NCBI GenBank assembly: GCA_965203355.1
Contig: OZ241889.1
Span: forward strand, 416,001-480,000
Length of the DNA stretch: 64,000 nucleotides
Reading direction: 5' to 3'
Source of the DNA: Candidatus Latescibacterota bacterium
GTDB lineage: Bacteria; Latescibacterota; UBA2968; UBA8231
In this document: positions 41,903 through 51,293 of the stretch, one piece after another
How the letters are laid out: each line of letters opens with the position of its first letter
Position numbering within the stretch: the first letter of the stretch is position 1
Made by a program: the position numbers and the translations under genes
Notes under the pieces: generated by a model
What the model saw: the letters and a program-made list of their open reading frames with translations, nothing else
Database searches by the model: none
What the model was told of the DNA's origin: nothing

Positions 41903-42742
41903 TCAATCCCATTCGCACTGGAAATGGGTGCGCACTAAGTGCCAGTGGTTGGCCAACATCGCGTCCTGCCGGTAGAGCACCTGAAGGCTGCACTGGCGCT
42001 CCAGCGACGTGGCTGGGTACTCAAACTCAAACTCCTGCACGCCGGCCCGGTCGGCCTCGGGAATATCGCCTGACGTGTAGATGTCTGGTTTGGTCGAGGT
42101 AAAAACTAGGGCCTTCTTGCGGCCGTAGGTCTTGAGCGGGACTTCGGAGGCAAAAGTCACGCGCCGCACCTTTTTGGGCAGCAACAGATCGGTGTTGTCG
42201 ATCAGGGCGTCGCGCTGCCAACGGCCAGCGAGAATCGCCTGCAAGTTGCCGATAAAAACTCGCTCCTTGTCGCCGTCGGGCACGATTAAGTAGAGATACC
42301 CCTTGCGCGCCTGCGTCGACACCGCGGCCTCGCCGCCCAAGCCCTCAAAATCGAGGGAAATCGTCAGGCCAAACGAGCGGTTGGGTGGCAGCGCGTGTAG
42401 CGATACCGCTTGGATCACCTGCTCGGCGACGCCCGCTTCCTTCAACTCCACCAAGGCATCTACCGAGGCATCGCAGACGCAGCGTCGCTCTTCGATCATT
42501 TTGATGATCGCATCGGTGCTGAACTTGTTCGCGCTCAGCTTGCGCACGTCGTCGAGGCTCATCGGCAGTTGATCGGAGCGCTCGTAGTAGCGTTTGGGTA
42601 GCTGGCCGCCATCCCAATCGACGATATTGATGATCGCCCCTTCCGCCAGCGGGTCCGTGACCCGGTCGGCAGCCGGGGTGTTCTGTTGCGCCGCGACCGG
42701 CAAGGCCAGCGCCAGCGCGGCTATCCACAGTTTGACGTACAT
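41903..42742 (-). CDS. secreted hypothetical protein
   Basis: Signal peptide; helical motif DDVRKLS...LVELKEAGV..QVI; within the lpoB operon. Confidence 0.6.
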   Translation of the reverse strand: MYVKLWIAALALALPVAAQQNTPAADRVTDPLAEGAIINIVDWDGGQLPKRYYERSDQLPMSLDDVRKLSANKFSTDAIIKMIEERRCVCDASVDALVELKEAGVAEQVIQAVSLHALPPNRSFGLTISLDFEGLGGEAAVSTQARKGYLYLIVPDGDKERVFIGNLQAILAGRWQRDALIDNTDLLLPKKVRRVTFASEVPLKTYGRKKALVFTSTKPDIYTSGDIPEADRAGVQEFEFEYPATSLERQCSLQVLYRQDAMLANHWHLVRTHFQCEWD

Positions 42743-42755
42743 GACTTTTTGCTCC

Positions 42756-44189
42756 TCAGCGAAAAGTGCGAAAGTTTAGGAAAACCTTTTCTCCATCCGC
42801 CACCGCCACTTCGGGCAGCGTCTCTACGGCTAAAACCCGTCCGCGGGCGTCGAGCAACTCCAAGGTCGGAGCGGTGGTGCCTGGGGCCACTGCCAGCCGG
42901 GCGATGCGGATGGCGTGGGGCAGCGCCAGCCAGCCGCGCGTGTCGGCCGCCTCGGTCGCCACGCCGAAGAGGTTGACCAAGCCGCCCAGTGCTTTGCCTA
43001 ACCCCTCCTTGGCCCATTTATGCTCGTCGTCCTGATCGTCATCGTCGTCCGCAAAGGCTTTTTCAATGCCCTTGGACGCTAGGTATTTGGCCAAGTTGCG
43101 GGCGACAGCGCGCAGCAGGATGGTATCGAATTTCTCGGCGAAGGTCTGCTGGGCAATCGCGTCCAAGTCCTGGGCGGTGGCCGCCAGCGCACTCTGGTCG
43201 CCAGCGTGTAGCCGCACCCCGGCTACCTGCGAGGGCACCTCCCGGTATTCGGGCAGCGCCACCCGAAGCCAGTAATCCACGTGCTGGCGCTGGTACACGT
43301 GCGGGTGGTGATAGCGATCGACGGCCCGCTCCGACACCGCCCACACCTCCCACGTTCCTTCGTCCTTCAGAATCGGCACGTTGAACTCGACCTGATGCTT
43401 GCGAGGCACAAAGCCGCTCTCGACGAAAACCACCAACTCGCCACCGGCGACCGGCTCCAGCTCCGCTCGATCAAGCTGGTAGCGCTCGGTGTATTCGGCC
43501 ACCTCGTCTTCGTATCCCAGCCGCTGGGCCAGCCGCGCTAGGTCAATTATCAGCATCCGCGGCACTTGCAGACCAAAGGCCGCTTCGTACGCGCGATAGC
43601 CCTTTAAGGCATCTTTGTAGGAAATGTACGCGTCGTTCCACTCGCCCTCGGCTTCAAAAAAGAGACCGGTCATGTACTGCAAAAAGGCGTCGTTCTTATA
43701 GCTGAGTTCGTACTCGGCTTGTTGCGCGTAGTTTTCGAGCTTCAGGTTGGCCTTGCGGCACTCGACCAACGCCGCTTGTCGGTCGCCCAGCCGGGCGTAG
43801 TTCATGGCGCGGTAGTAGTGGATCAGGGCGAGCTCGAACTCCTCGCCGCGGTAGGCTATCGCCGAATCATTGGACAGCAAGGCCGCGATTTCGCGCGAGA
43901 CTGAGCGGGTGTAGAGTTGGTCGCTTAGCCGCTCGGCTCGTTCAAACTCCACGTTGGACGCCTCGTATTGGCCTTGATAGTGCAAAATCAGCCCCTTTTC
44001 CAAGTGATAGAGCAGCTTGTTGGTCTTGCCGGAGGGCTTTTCGAGCTTGCCGAGGGCCGCTTCGTAGTTGCCCTTTTCTAGCTGTCGGAGCGAATGGGAT
44101 ACATAGCCCGAATAGGCGGCCCCGCAACCGCTCAATAAGAGCAGCAGGACGACGCTGAGACCGATGACCGCTCGGCTGCTTCCCGGCAT
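42756..44189 (-). CDS. COG3014-like TPR lipoprotein
   Basis: Lipobox LSGC; LLYHLEKG, YRGEEFE, ALVECRK, EAADTRGW..LP. Confidence 0.75.
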   Translation of the reverse strand: MPGSSRAVIGLSVVLLLLLSGCGAAYSGYVSHSLRQLEKGNYEAALGKLEKPSGKTNKLLYHLEKGLILHYQGQYEASNVEFERAERLSDQLYTRSVSREIAALLSNDSAIAYRGEEFELALIHYYRAMNYARLGDRQAALVECRKANLKLENYAQQAEYELSYKNDAFLQYMTGLFFEAEGEWNDAYISYKDALKGYRAYEAAFGLQVPRMLIIDLARLAQRLGYEDEVAEYTERYQLDRAELEPVAGGELVVFVESGFVPRKHQVEFNVPILKDEGTWEVWAVSERAVDRYHHPHVYQRQHVDYWLRVALPEYREVPSQVAGVRLHAGDQSALAATAQDLDAIAQQTFAEKFDTILLRAVARNLAKYLASKGIEKAFADDDDDQDDEHKWAKEGLGKALGGLVNLFGVATEAADTRGWLALPHAIRIARLAVAPGTTAPTLELLDARGRVLAVETLPEVAVADGEKVFLNFRTFR

Positions 44190-44304
44190 AAGTGATTCCG
44201 TCCATTGTCCTCGCACCGGCGACATGGATAAAGACTCCACGTTGGGTCCATCCGATTGACCGCGTGTCATATATAACACCTAAGCGGGAGAAAAGTGTCC
44301 CCTC

Positions 44305-44607
44305 TTATTCGACTCGTGCGACCCAAATCAGCGTGCCAGCGCACACGCCGGCCAACGCCCGCGGATCGCCTTCGATGTGCCCGAGAACATTGACCTTGCT
44401 TACCAACCGGCACTCGTCGCCCGCGGAAATTGGCGTTGGCCCGTAGGGCAGGGCGAGCGCTTGCCCCTCCGCCCAAAAGCACACCGCGCCTTTTTCTACT
44501 ACTTGCCGGGCGTCGGGTTCTAGCGCGGCCCAAACCTTTTGTGCCGTCGGCGTCGCGTCTAAAACCGCTTCGACCGCGCCGTCATCCCAGCTAATCCGAA
44601 TCCGCAT
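44305..44607 (-). CDS. cyclophilin-like fold protein (TM1367/DUF369-like), probably internally deleted
   Basis: TPTA..VWAAL and VCFW.EGQALALPYGPTP.S...ECRLVS.VNVLG; the usual 'WG.E.YF' segment is absent. Confidence 0.6.
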   Translation of the reverse strand: MRIRISWDDGAVEAVLDATPTAQKVWAALEPDARQVVEKGAVCFWAEGQALALPYGPTPISAGDECRLVSKVNVLGHIEGDPRALAGVCAGTLIWVARVE

Positions 44608-44701
44608 GATGCGCCTCCTAAAACTTGCCCAAGCCTTTGAGTTTTCTTAATATAAGTGCCCATTCATCCGCTGCAAAAACGCCCGCTATACCGGTAAAAT
44701 C

Positions 44702-45739
44702 ATGGAAAAACCCAACGTCGTCGTCATCGGCTACGGCTTTGCTGGCCGCTGCTTCCACGCCTATCTAGTGGGGTTGGCCAGCGGCCTGAACCTCTACGGC
44801 ATTGCCACTAGCCGACCCGAGGCCCGCGACCAGATTCAGCGCGACTTGGGGATAAAGACCTTTCGCCACTTCGACGAAGTGCTGGCCGACCCAGCCGTCG
44901 ATCTGGTCGTCCTCGCCACGCCCAACGACCTCCACGCCCCACACGCGATCCAAGCGATGGCGGCTGGCAAACACGTGGTCACCGACAAGCCCATGTGCTT
45001 GAGCATGGCCGAGGCCGACCAGATGATCGCCGCCAGCCAAGCGCACGACCGCTTGCTCAGCGTCTTTCAAAACCGGCGCTGGGACGGCGATTTCCTCGCC
45101 GTGAAAGACGCGCTGGCCCAAGGGCTGCTCGGCGATCTCTTTTTGCTTGAAATGTTCTGGGGCCAATACGGCCCCCCGCGCGGTTGGCGCAGCATCGCCC
45201 GGCACGGCGGCGGCAAATTCTTCGATCTAGGCGCCCATCTGGTCGATCAAGCCCTCCAGCTTATCGACGCGCCGCTGACAAAGGTGTACGCCTCCTTCCA
45301 CTCCGGTGCTCGGCTCAGCATCGACGTCGAGTCCCACGCGTTGGCCGTGCTTCACTTTGCCAACGGCGTCGAAGCCCGCGTGGAAACCTCGTCACTGGCC
45401 GGCAAAGCCAAACCGCGTTGGTATGTGCTGGGCGCGGCAGGCGCACTGGTCAAAGAGGGCGTCGACCCGCAGGAAAAGGCCATGATCGCCGGCGACATTG
45501 ACGCGGCTGTAGAAGTGCCCGAACACTACGCACGCCTCTATCGACCAACCGAGGAAACCATCCTTGAGACCGCCCCCGGCCGCTGGCGTTCCTACTACGA
45601 AAACATCGCCGACGCGCTAGCGGGACGCTCGGCACTGGCCGTAACCGCCGAGAGCGTGCGGCAGACCATGGTCGCCATGGAGGCCGCCCGGCGGTCCGCC
45701 GCTCAGCAGCGGCCCGTGTCCCCAGAGGAAATCGGGTGA
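44702..45739 (+). CDS. Gfo/Idh/MocA oxidoreductase (IolW/YdgJ-like)
   Basis: VIGYGFAG, ATPNDLH, DKPM, FQNRRWDGDF, DLGAHLVDQ. Confidence 0.9.
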   Translation: MEKPNVVVIGYGFAGRCFHAYLVGLASGLNLYGIATSRPEARDQIQRDLGIKTFRHFDEVLADPAVDLVVLATPNDLHAPHAIQAMAAGKHVVTDKPMCLSMAEADQMIAASQAHDRLLSVFQNRRWDGDFLAVKDALAQGLLGDLFLLEMFWGQYGPPRGWRSIARHGGGKFFDLGAHLVDQALQLIDAPLTKVYASFHSGARLSIDVESHALAVLHFANGVEARVETSSLAGKAKPRWYVLGAAGALVKEGVDPQEKAMIAGDIDAAVEVPEHYARLYRPTEETILETAPGRWRSYYENIADALAGRSALAVTAESVRQTMVAMEAARRSAAQQRPVSPEEIG

Positions 45740-46326
45740 AATTGCGACCGGGCAACTACGGCAAGGAGACCAGCTTTGAGGTTCGCACCTTCGACGCTGC
45801 GATACCCCTCGCCGAATACGCCCACCTGCCCAAGCATCCGCTCTATCTGGTGCTCGACAACTTGCGCAGTGCCTTCAACGTCGGCTCGATCTTCCGCACG
45901 GCGGACGCCGCCCGTCTCAGCGGCATCTACACCTGCGGCTACACGGCCCATCCGCCCCATCCCAAGCTCGACAAAACAGCGTTGGGCACCCTCTCGTACA
46001 TCGAGACCTGCCACTTCGCCACCACGGTCCAAGCCATTGAGCACTTGCGCGCTCGTCAAGTGCCGGTGTGGGCACTGGAGACGACCTCGCAAAGCCGCTG
46101 CTACACCGAGCCGGACTATCCGCGCCCCTTGGCTCTCATCGTGGGCAATGAGGCCCTCGGCGTCGATCGCGCCGCGCTCGAACGCTGCGACGAACTGGTT
46201 GAGATTCCCATGTACGGCTACAAAAACAGCCTCAATGTCGCCGCGGCCAGCGCCGTCCTCGTCTTTGAGGTCCTGCGCCAATGGCAGGCCGTCAGCCCTA
46301 CCTGCCGGCCCACCGCCCATGCCTGA
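45736..46326 (+). CDS. TrmH/SpoU-family RNA methyltransferase
   Basis: LDNLRSAFNVGSIFRTAD, GNEALG, IPMYG.KNSLNVA. Confidence 0.9.
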   Translation: MKLRPGNYGKETSFEVRTFDAAIPLAEYAHLPKHPLYLVLDNLRSAFNVGSIFRTADAARLSGIYTCGYTAHPPHPKLDKTALGTLSYIETCHFATTVQAIEHLRARQVPVWALETTSQSRCYTEPDYPRPLALIVGNEALGVDRAALERCDELVEIPMYGYKNSLNVAAASAVLVFEVLRQWQAVSPTCRPTAHA

Positions 46327-48115
46327 AGCCGCCCGCTTGCTCCGCGACTGGCTCGGCTTTGAGTTCGTCTCCCGCATCTACCTCTACAGCGCGCTCATCG
46401 GCCTGATTTCCGGTTTGGGTGCCGTGTTGTTCACGTACGGTCTCGAACTGGCCAAGTTCCTGCTAGTCGAGAAATTGGCTGGCTACCGCCAGATCCATCC
46501 GCACAACAAGGCGCTATTCGACTTTTCCTTTTTTGGCGCAGCCAGCTATGGCGAGTACTTGTGGCTGTTGCTGCTGCTGCCGGCACTCGGTGGCTTGCTC
46601 AGCGGTTACTTGACCCACCGCTTCGCACCCGAAGCCCAAGGTGCGGGCACCGACGCCATGATCGATGCCTTCCACAACCAGCGCGGCCACATTCGCCCCA
46701 TCGTCGTTCCGGTCAAGGCCCTGGCGACCACTATCACGCTCGCCTCGGGTGGAGCCGCTGGTCAACAAGGTCCTTTGGTGCATATCGGCGCGGGCTTAGG
46801 CTCTTGGATCGGCGACAAACTCAAACTTTCGGTGGCCCAGCGGCGGATCTTGCTGCTGGCGGGCACGGCCGGAGGGCTAGGAGCGATTTTCCGCGCACCG
46901 CTCGGTGCCGCGATCGCCAGCGTGGAGGTGCTCTATCGCGAAGACTTTGAAAGCGACGCGCTCATTCCCTGCGTCATCAGTTCCTTTGTCGCCTACGCGC
47001 TCTACATAGCCGTCTTTGGCTTCTCGCACATTTTCGCCCTGCCCGACCTGCTATTCACCGATGTGCGCGAGTTGATTTTCTACTTAGTGCTGGGGTTTTT
47101 CTGCGCCTTGGTCGGCATTTTTTACGTCAAGACCCTGCGCCTCGCACACGCCCTGTTCGACCGCCTGACGCTGCCCCGCTACTGGATCGTCTGCGGCGGC
47201 GGCTTGCTGGTGGGGTTGGTGGCCTTTATCGACCCCCGAGTGCTGGGCGATGGGTTCGGCGTCATCCAACAGGGGCTCGACGGCGAGCTCGCAATCCGCG
47301 CCTTCCTAGCCCTCGCCCTGCTCAAAATCCTCGCCTCTAGCTGCACGATCTCCAGCGGCGGCTCGGGCGGCGTCTTCGGCCCCTCGCTCTTCATCGGCGG
47401 AATGCTCGGCGGTGCCGTGGGCCTGCTGGGCCAACAGTACTTTCCCGACATCGTTCACCAACCAGCCGCTTACATCGTGGTCGGCATGGCTTCGTTCTTC
47501 GGCGCGGTGGCCAACACGCCGCTAGCGGCCCTGATTCTCGTCATCGAAATGAGCGGCTCCTACCACCTGCTGCCGCCGCTGATGGTCGTCAGTGCCCTCG
47601 CGCTGATCTTCGCGCGCAACTTTTCCATCTACCAAAATCAAGTCCAAAACAAGTTCTACTCTCCAGCCCACATCAAAGATCTAACCGTCGATGTGCTGCA
47701 CAATCTCCAAGTCCGCGATGTTTTTCCTCGCCTCGAAAACACCGCTGGAGCTATCGTCAGCAATCGGCTTTCCTACTTTTCTTTGAGCACGCTGAGCAAA
47801 AAACTGGGGCACTTGCACTTTGTCGTAATCGATGCCGACGGCGGCTTGCGCGGTATGATCAGCCTCGAAGACCTGGACCTGCCCGAAGACGAGATGCTGC
47901 GCAACCTAGTGCTCATAGAAGACATGGTCGTCGATGATGTCCGCCCCATAGACGCAAACGACAACCTGCACGAAGCGCTGCAAAAACTGCTCGACTCTGG
48001 CTACGACAAACTGCCCGTGATGCAGGGAGAAAGCGAGTTTTGGGGCTATCTGATGCACTCAGATCTGATGCGGGTGTACCACGAGGAAGTCACTCGGCTG
48101 GCCGGACAGGATTGA
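46319..48115 (+). CDS. CLC-family chloride channel/transporter with CBS domains
   Basis: GAGTD, GQQGP, IFRAPLG, GSGGVFGPS, SIY; C-terminal CBS pair; ATG at 46319. Confidence 0.9.
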   Translation: MPEAARLLRDWLGFEFVSRIYLYSALIGLISGLGAVLFTYGLELAKFLLVEKLAGYRQIHPHNKALFDFSFFGAASYGEYLWLLLLLPALGGLLSGYLTHRFAPEAQGAGTDAMIDAFHNQRGHIRPIVVPVKALATTITLASGGAAGQQGPLVHIGAGLGSWIGDKLKLSVAQRRILLLAGTAGGLGAIFRAPLGAAIASVEVLYREDFESDALIPCVISSFVAYALYIAVFGFSHIFALPDLLFTDVRELIFYLVLGFFCALVGIFYVKTLRLAHALFDRLTLPRYWIVCGGGLLVGLVAFIDPRVLGDGFGVIQQGLDGELAIRAFLALALLKILASSCTISSGGSGGVFGPSLFIGGMLGGAVGLLGQQYFPDIVHQPAAYIVVGMASFFGAVANTPLAALILVIEMSGSYHLLPPLMVVSALALIFARNFSIYQNQVQNKFYSPAHIKDLTVDVLHNLQVRDVFPRLENTAGAIVSNRLSYFSLSTLSKKLGHLHFVVIDADGGLRGMISLEDLDLPEDEMLRNLVLIEDMVVDDVRPIDANDNLHEALQKLLDSGYDKLPVMQGESEFWGYLMHSDLMRVYHEEVTRLAGQD

Positions 48116-49325
48116 CCGCCTCATTTGCGCCCGGGCGATAGGGCGCGTTTAGATAGTGCGCAGCCCGTTGGTGGCTGTCGGCATGGTCGGGCAAGTGCTG
48201 CACTCGCTGATAATGCAAAATCGCTTCCTCGCGGCGGCCCGCTAAGTCGTGTACTTGGCCGAGCAGTAGGTTGGCCAGCACGGCAAAAGCTACGTCCCGC
48301 TTGCGCTCGGAATTGGCGGCCAGGCTGTCGGTTGCCGATAGGTGGTCGGCGGCCTCGGGAAAACGCTGCTCGAAATAAGCGTATTTGCCCGCGTAGTAAT
48401 GCGCCTCCAAGCGGCCGTGGCGGTGATAGCCGGTCTGGCCAGCCAAGCTGCGGCGCACGTATTCTTCGTACAAAGCCACCCCCGATCGCCAGCGACCCAG
48501 TTCGACCATAGTTCGCGCGGCGTAGCGGTGGAAGACGGCGTTGTCTGGATACCGCTTGTAGAGTTCCTCAAAGTAGGGTAGCGCTTTGCGGTTGTCCTTC
48601 TCAAAGATTCGGTAGATCTGGCCGAGGAAATAGGCGGCCTCGGTGCGGGCGTAAGCTCCTTCGCGGGCGACTTCCTCGAGCTGCTGGAGGCCGAGCAGGC
48701 GATCGCCATCGGGCAAAAAGGCCATGATTGGACGGAGAATTCGGTGGCGTTGGGGCATGATCTCGGCGAAGTAGTGATACAGGCCCTGGCCAAAGAGGAT
48801 GTCCTTATTAGTCGGCTCGAGTTGCCGGCTCTTCTTTAGGAGGGGCAGGCCGCGCAACCCGTCGTGCGCCGCCCGCACGTACCGCTCTCTGTCGCCGTAC
48901 AATCGCCCGCGAAAACCGATGGCACCGCCTTTGAAGAGAACCGCGTCAAAGTCCAGCGGGTCTTTTTTGAGCCGCCGGTCGCAGACCTCAATGCACTGCT
49001 TGAGCCGGGCGTGGAACTCCGCGTCGTGGGTTTTGTCGGCCAAGTCTATGAGAATCCGCCACCAAGCGATCATCGCGCGAAAGAAGTAGCCGAGCGGATT
49101 GTCCGGCTCGGCCGCGACGATGTCCTGAAAGTGGCGCTCGGCCTCGACAAAGCGCAGATTGTAGATCAGGTCTATGCCGAGCTGAATGCGCGCATCAAAG
49201 CCGCGCATCGTATAGGCCTCCTCGCTCCAAGCGGGCAGGGCCAGCACACCGCAGAGCAAAACCGCGCTTATGGGGTGTCGTGCGTTCAAGGAATAAACCT
49301 CACCGCTTAACAGTAAAACGCTCAA
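48090..49325 (-). CDS. TPR-repeat protein, probably exported
   Basis: Helical TPR-like repeats and a signal-like LLCGVLALPAWS; start uncertain. Confidence 0.7.
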   Translation of the reverse strand: MSVLLLSGEVYSLNARHPISAVLLCGVLALPAWSEEAYTMRGFDARIQLGIDLIYNLRFVEAERHFQDIVAAEPDNPLGYFFRAMIAWWRILIDLADKTHDAEFHARLKQCIEVCDRRLKKDPLDFDAVLFKGGAIGFRGRLYGDRERYVRAAHDGLRGLPLLKKSRQLEPTNKDILFGQGLYHYFAEIMPQRHRILRPIMAFLPDGDRLLGLQQLEEVAREGAYARTEAAYFLGQIYRIFEKDNRKALPYFEELYKRYPDNAVFHRYAARTMVELGRWRSGVALYEEYVRRSLAGQTGYHRHGRLEAHYYAGKYAYFEQRFPEAADHLSATDSLAANSERKRDVAFAVLANLLLGQVHDLAGRREEAILHYQRVQHLPDHADSHQRAAHYLNAPYRPGANEAVNPVRPAE

Positions 49326-49345
49326 GAGTAGGATGAAAACGAATC

Positions 49346-50728
49346 ATGGCAACTGTGCAATGCGACATCGCGATTATCGGCGGCGGCTCGGCCGGGTACG
49401 CGGCCGCGCGTACCGCCCACGCGGCCGGCGCCCATGTCGCGGTCATCGACCAAGGCCCTTGGGGGGGGCTGTGCATTCTGCGCGGCTGTATGCCCAGCAA
49501 GGCGATCCTCCGCTCCGCCGAAATAGCCTCGCACCTAGGCCGCGCCCCCGAGTTCGGTCTAGCACCCGTGGAAGTCCGCGCCGACTTAGCCGCCATTGTC
49601 GAGCGCAAGGCGCGGCTGGTCGCCGACTTTGCCGCCTATCGCCGCGAGCAACTGAGCGACGGCCGCTTCGCGCTCTACGAAGCGCACGCGCACTTCCTCT
49701 CGCCGCAGCAGCTCCAAGCCGGCGACGACGTCATTGAGGCCGGGCATTTTATCATCGCCACCGGCTCTACGCCCCAGCGCGTCTCGATCCCGGGGCTGGA
49801 CCACGTCGGCTACCTCACCAGCGACGAGGCCCTCGACATGTGCCAGCAGCCCGCAAGCCTCCTCGTCCTCGGCGGCGGTCCCATCGCCGTCGAGCTGGCC
49901 CAGTTCTTTCAGCGGATTGGCACGCAAGTGACGCTCATCCAGCGCAGCGATCACATTCTCTCTGCTGGCGACGAGGATTTGGCGCGGCCAGTCGAAGCAC
50001 GCTTCCGCGAGGAGGGCATGGAGGTGTTCACCGACACGCAACTGCGCCAATTCACCGAGGAAAACGGGCGCAAGATCGCGCATTTTTCCCACGGCGGCGC
50101 AGAGAAAACAGCCTCGGCATCCCTCGTCCTGCAAGCGCTTGGCCGACGGCCGCTCATCGACGGGCTGGGCCTAGACCAAGCCGGCGTCAAGGTCGCTGGC
50201 GGGCGCATCGTGGTCGATGCGGCCATGCGGACCAGCCAGCCCCACATCTACGCGGTCGGCGACGTCAATGGCGAGCACGAGATCGTCCACATCGCCATTG
50301 AGCAAGGCGAAATCGCCGCGTACAATGCCGCGCATCCCGACCGGCCCGAGCACCGCTTTGACGACCGTCTCAACGCGCTAGTCGTATTTACCGATCCGCA
50401 GGTGGCCAGCGTCGGTCTCAGCGAGCGCGACTGCCGCGCGGCGGACCGGCCCTACTTGGTCGCCAGCTATCCTTTTGACGACCACGGCAAGTCGCTGACG
50501 ATGGGCGAGACCTGCGGGCACGTAAAAATCCTCTGCGACCCGCGCTCGGGCGCCGTGATCGGCGGCCACATTGTCGGCCCGGAGGCCGGCGAACTAATCC
50601 ACGAGTTGATCGCGGTGATGTACTTTCGCGGGACCGTGCAGGATTTGGCCCAAATGCCCCATTATCATCCGACCTTGGCGGAAATTCTCACCTATCCGGC
50701 CGAAGAATTGGCGGAACAGTTGAGGTAG
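49346..50728 (+). CDS. class I pyridine nucleotide-disulfide oxidoreductase (LpdA/MerA-like)
   Basis: GGGSAG, GGLCILRGCMPSK, GGGPIA, YAVGD, HPTLAE; no C-terminal MerA Cys pair. Confidence 0.9.
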   Translation: MATVQCDIAIIGGGSAGYAAARTAHAAGAHVAVIDQGPWGGLCILRGCMPSKAILRSAEIASHLGRAPEFGLAPVEVRADLAAIVERKARLVADFAAYRREQLSDGRFALYEAHAHFLSPQQLQAGDDVIEAGHFIIATGSTPQRVSIPGLDHVGYLTSDEALDMCQQPASLLVLGGGPIAVELAQFFQRIGTQVTLIQRSDHILSAGDEDLARPVEARFREEGMEVFTDTQLRQFTEENGRKIAHFSHGGAEKTASASLVLQALGRRPLIDGLGLDQAGVKVAGGRIVVDAAMRTSQPHIYAVGDVNGEHEIVHIAIEQGEIAAYNAAHPDRPEHRFDDRLNALVVFTDPQVASVGLSERDCRAADRPYLVASYPFDDHGKSLTMGETCGHVKILCDPRSGAVIGGHIVGPEAGELIHELIAVMYFRGTVQDLAQMPHYHPTLAEILTYPAEELAEQLR

Positions 50729-50847
50729 GAGCGTCTTTGTCTAACTGTTTCTGTCCAAAGGGGCTAAGGCAAGCCTCGGTAAAAGCCCGATAGAGAATAT
50801 CGCATGTTCGCCCGATGGTACTTGGATTGCGGAACGGCTGCACATTA

Positions 50848-51210
50848 TCAGCTAGGATCCCCACCAGAACACGCTAGCGCTTCCCCAGATATTTTACCAG
50901 TCAAATACTCTTCCAGCCTGCCGCTAAATTTGTGCGCCAAGGGCAGTCCAAACAGTATGCTCTTACTCAACTCAGGGGGAATGACCAACCATGTTGGATA
51001 TCTTCTTGATGAGGGATTACCGCTATCTCCCCAGAACCAGCGAATCCCAAGGCGCGGCTCTCCGGTCCAATCCATAGCTACGATAGCCCATCGCCCCTCC
51101 AGTTCCTTGAAAACGACGACATGCGGTCCTCCCACCATTTTTTTCGGAGAATTAATCTCAAGAATCTTGCTGTCATCGTCCAACGGAAAGTTCTCGCCAC
51201 CTTGAGGCAT
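50848..51210 (-). CDS. low-GC hypothetical protein
   Basis: RBS AGGAG; SPK...W.G..RLGIRW...GNPSSR.YPTW motif; AT-rich flanks. Confidence 0.6.
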   Translation of the reverse strand: MPQGGENFPLDDDSKILEINSPKKMVGGPHVVVFKELEGRWAIVAMDWTGEPRLGIRWFWGDSGNPSSRRYPTWLVIPPELSKSILFGLPLAHKFSGRLEEYLTGKISGEALACSGGDPS

Positions 51211-51293
51211 TTCTGTTCTCCTTTTTAATAGTTTTAACACCTATTCATAGTGAAAGGCTAAGATTAGTCGTGAGTTGAGGCAATGATTTTCTT

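Noticed and set aside
49346-50728. Mercuric reductase merA
   Set aside because: No C-terminal Cys-Cys pair, no NmerA domain and no mer operon.
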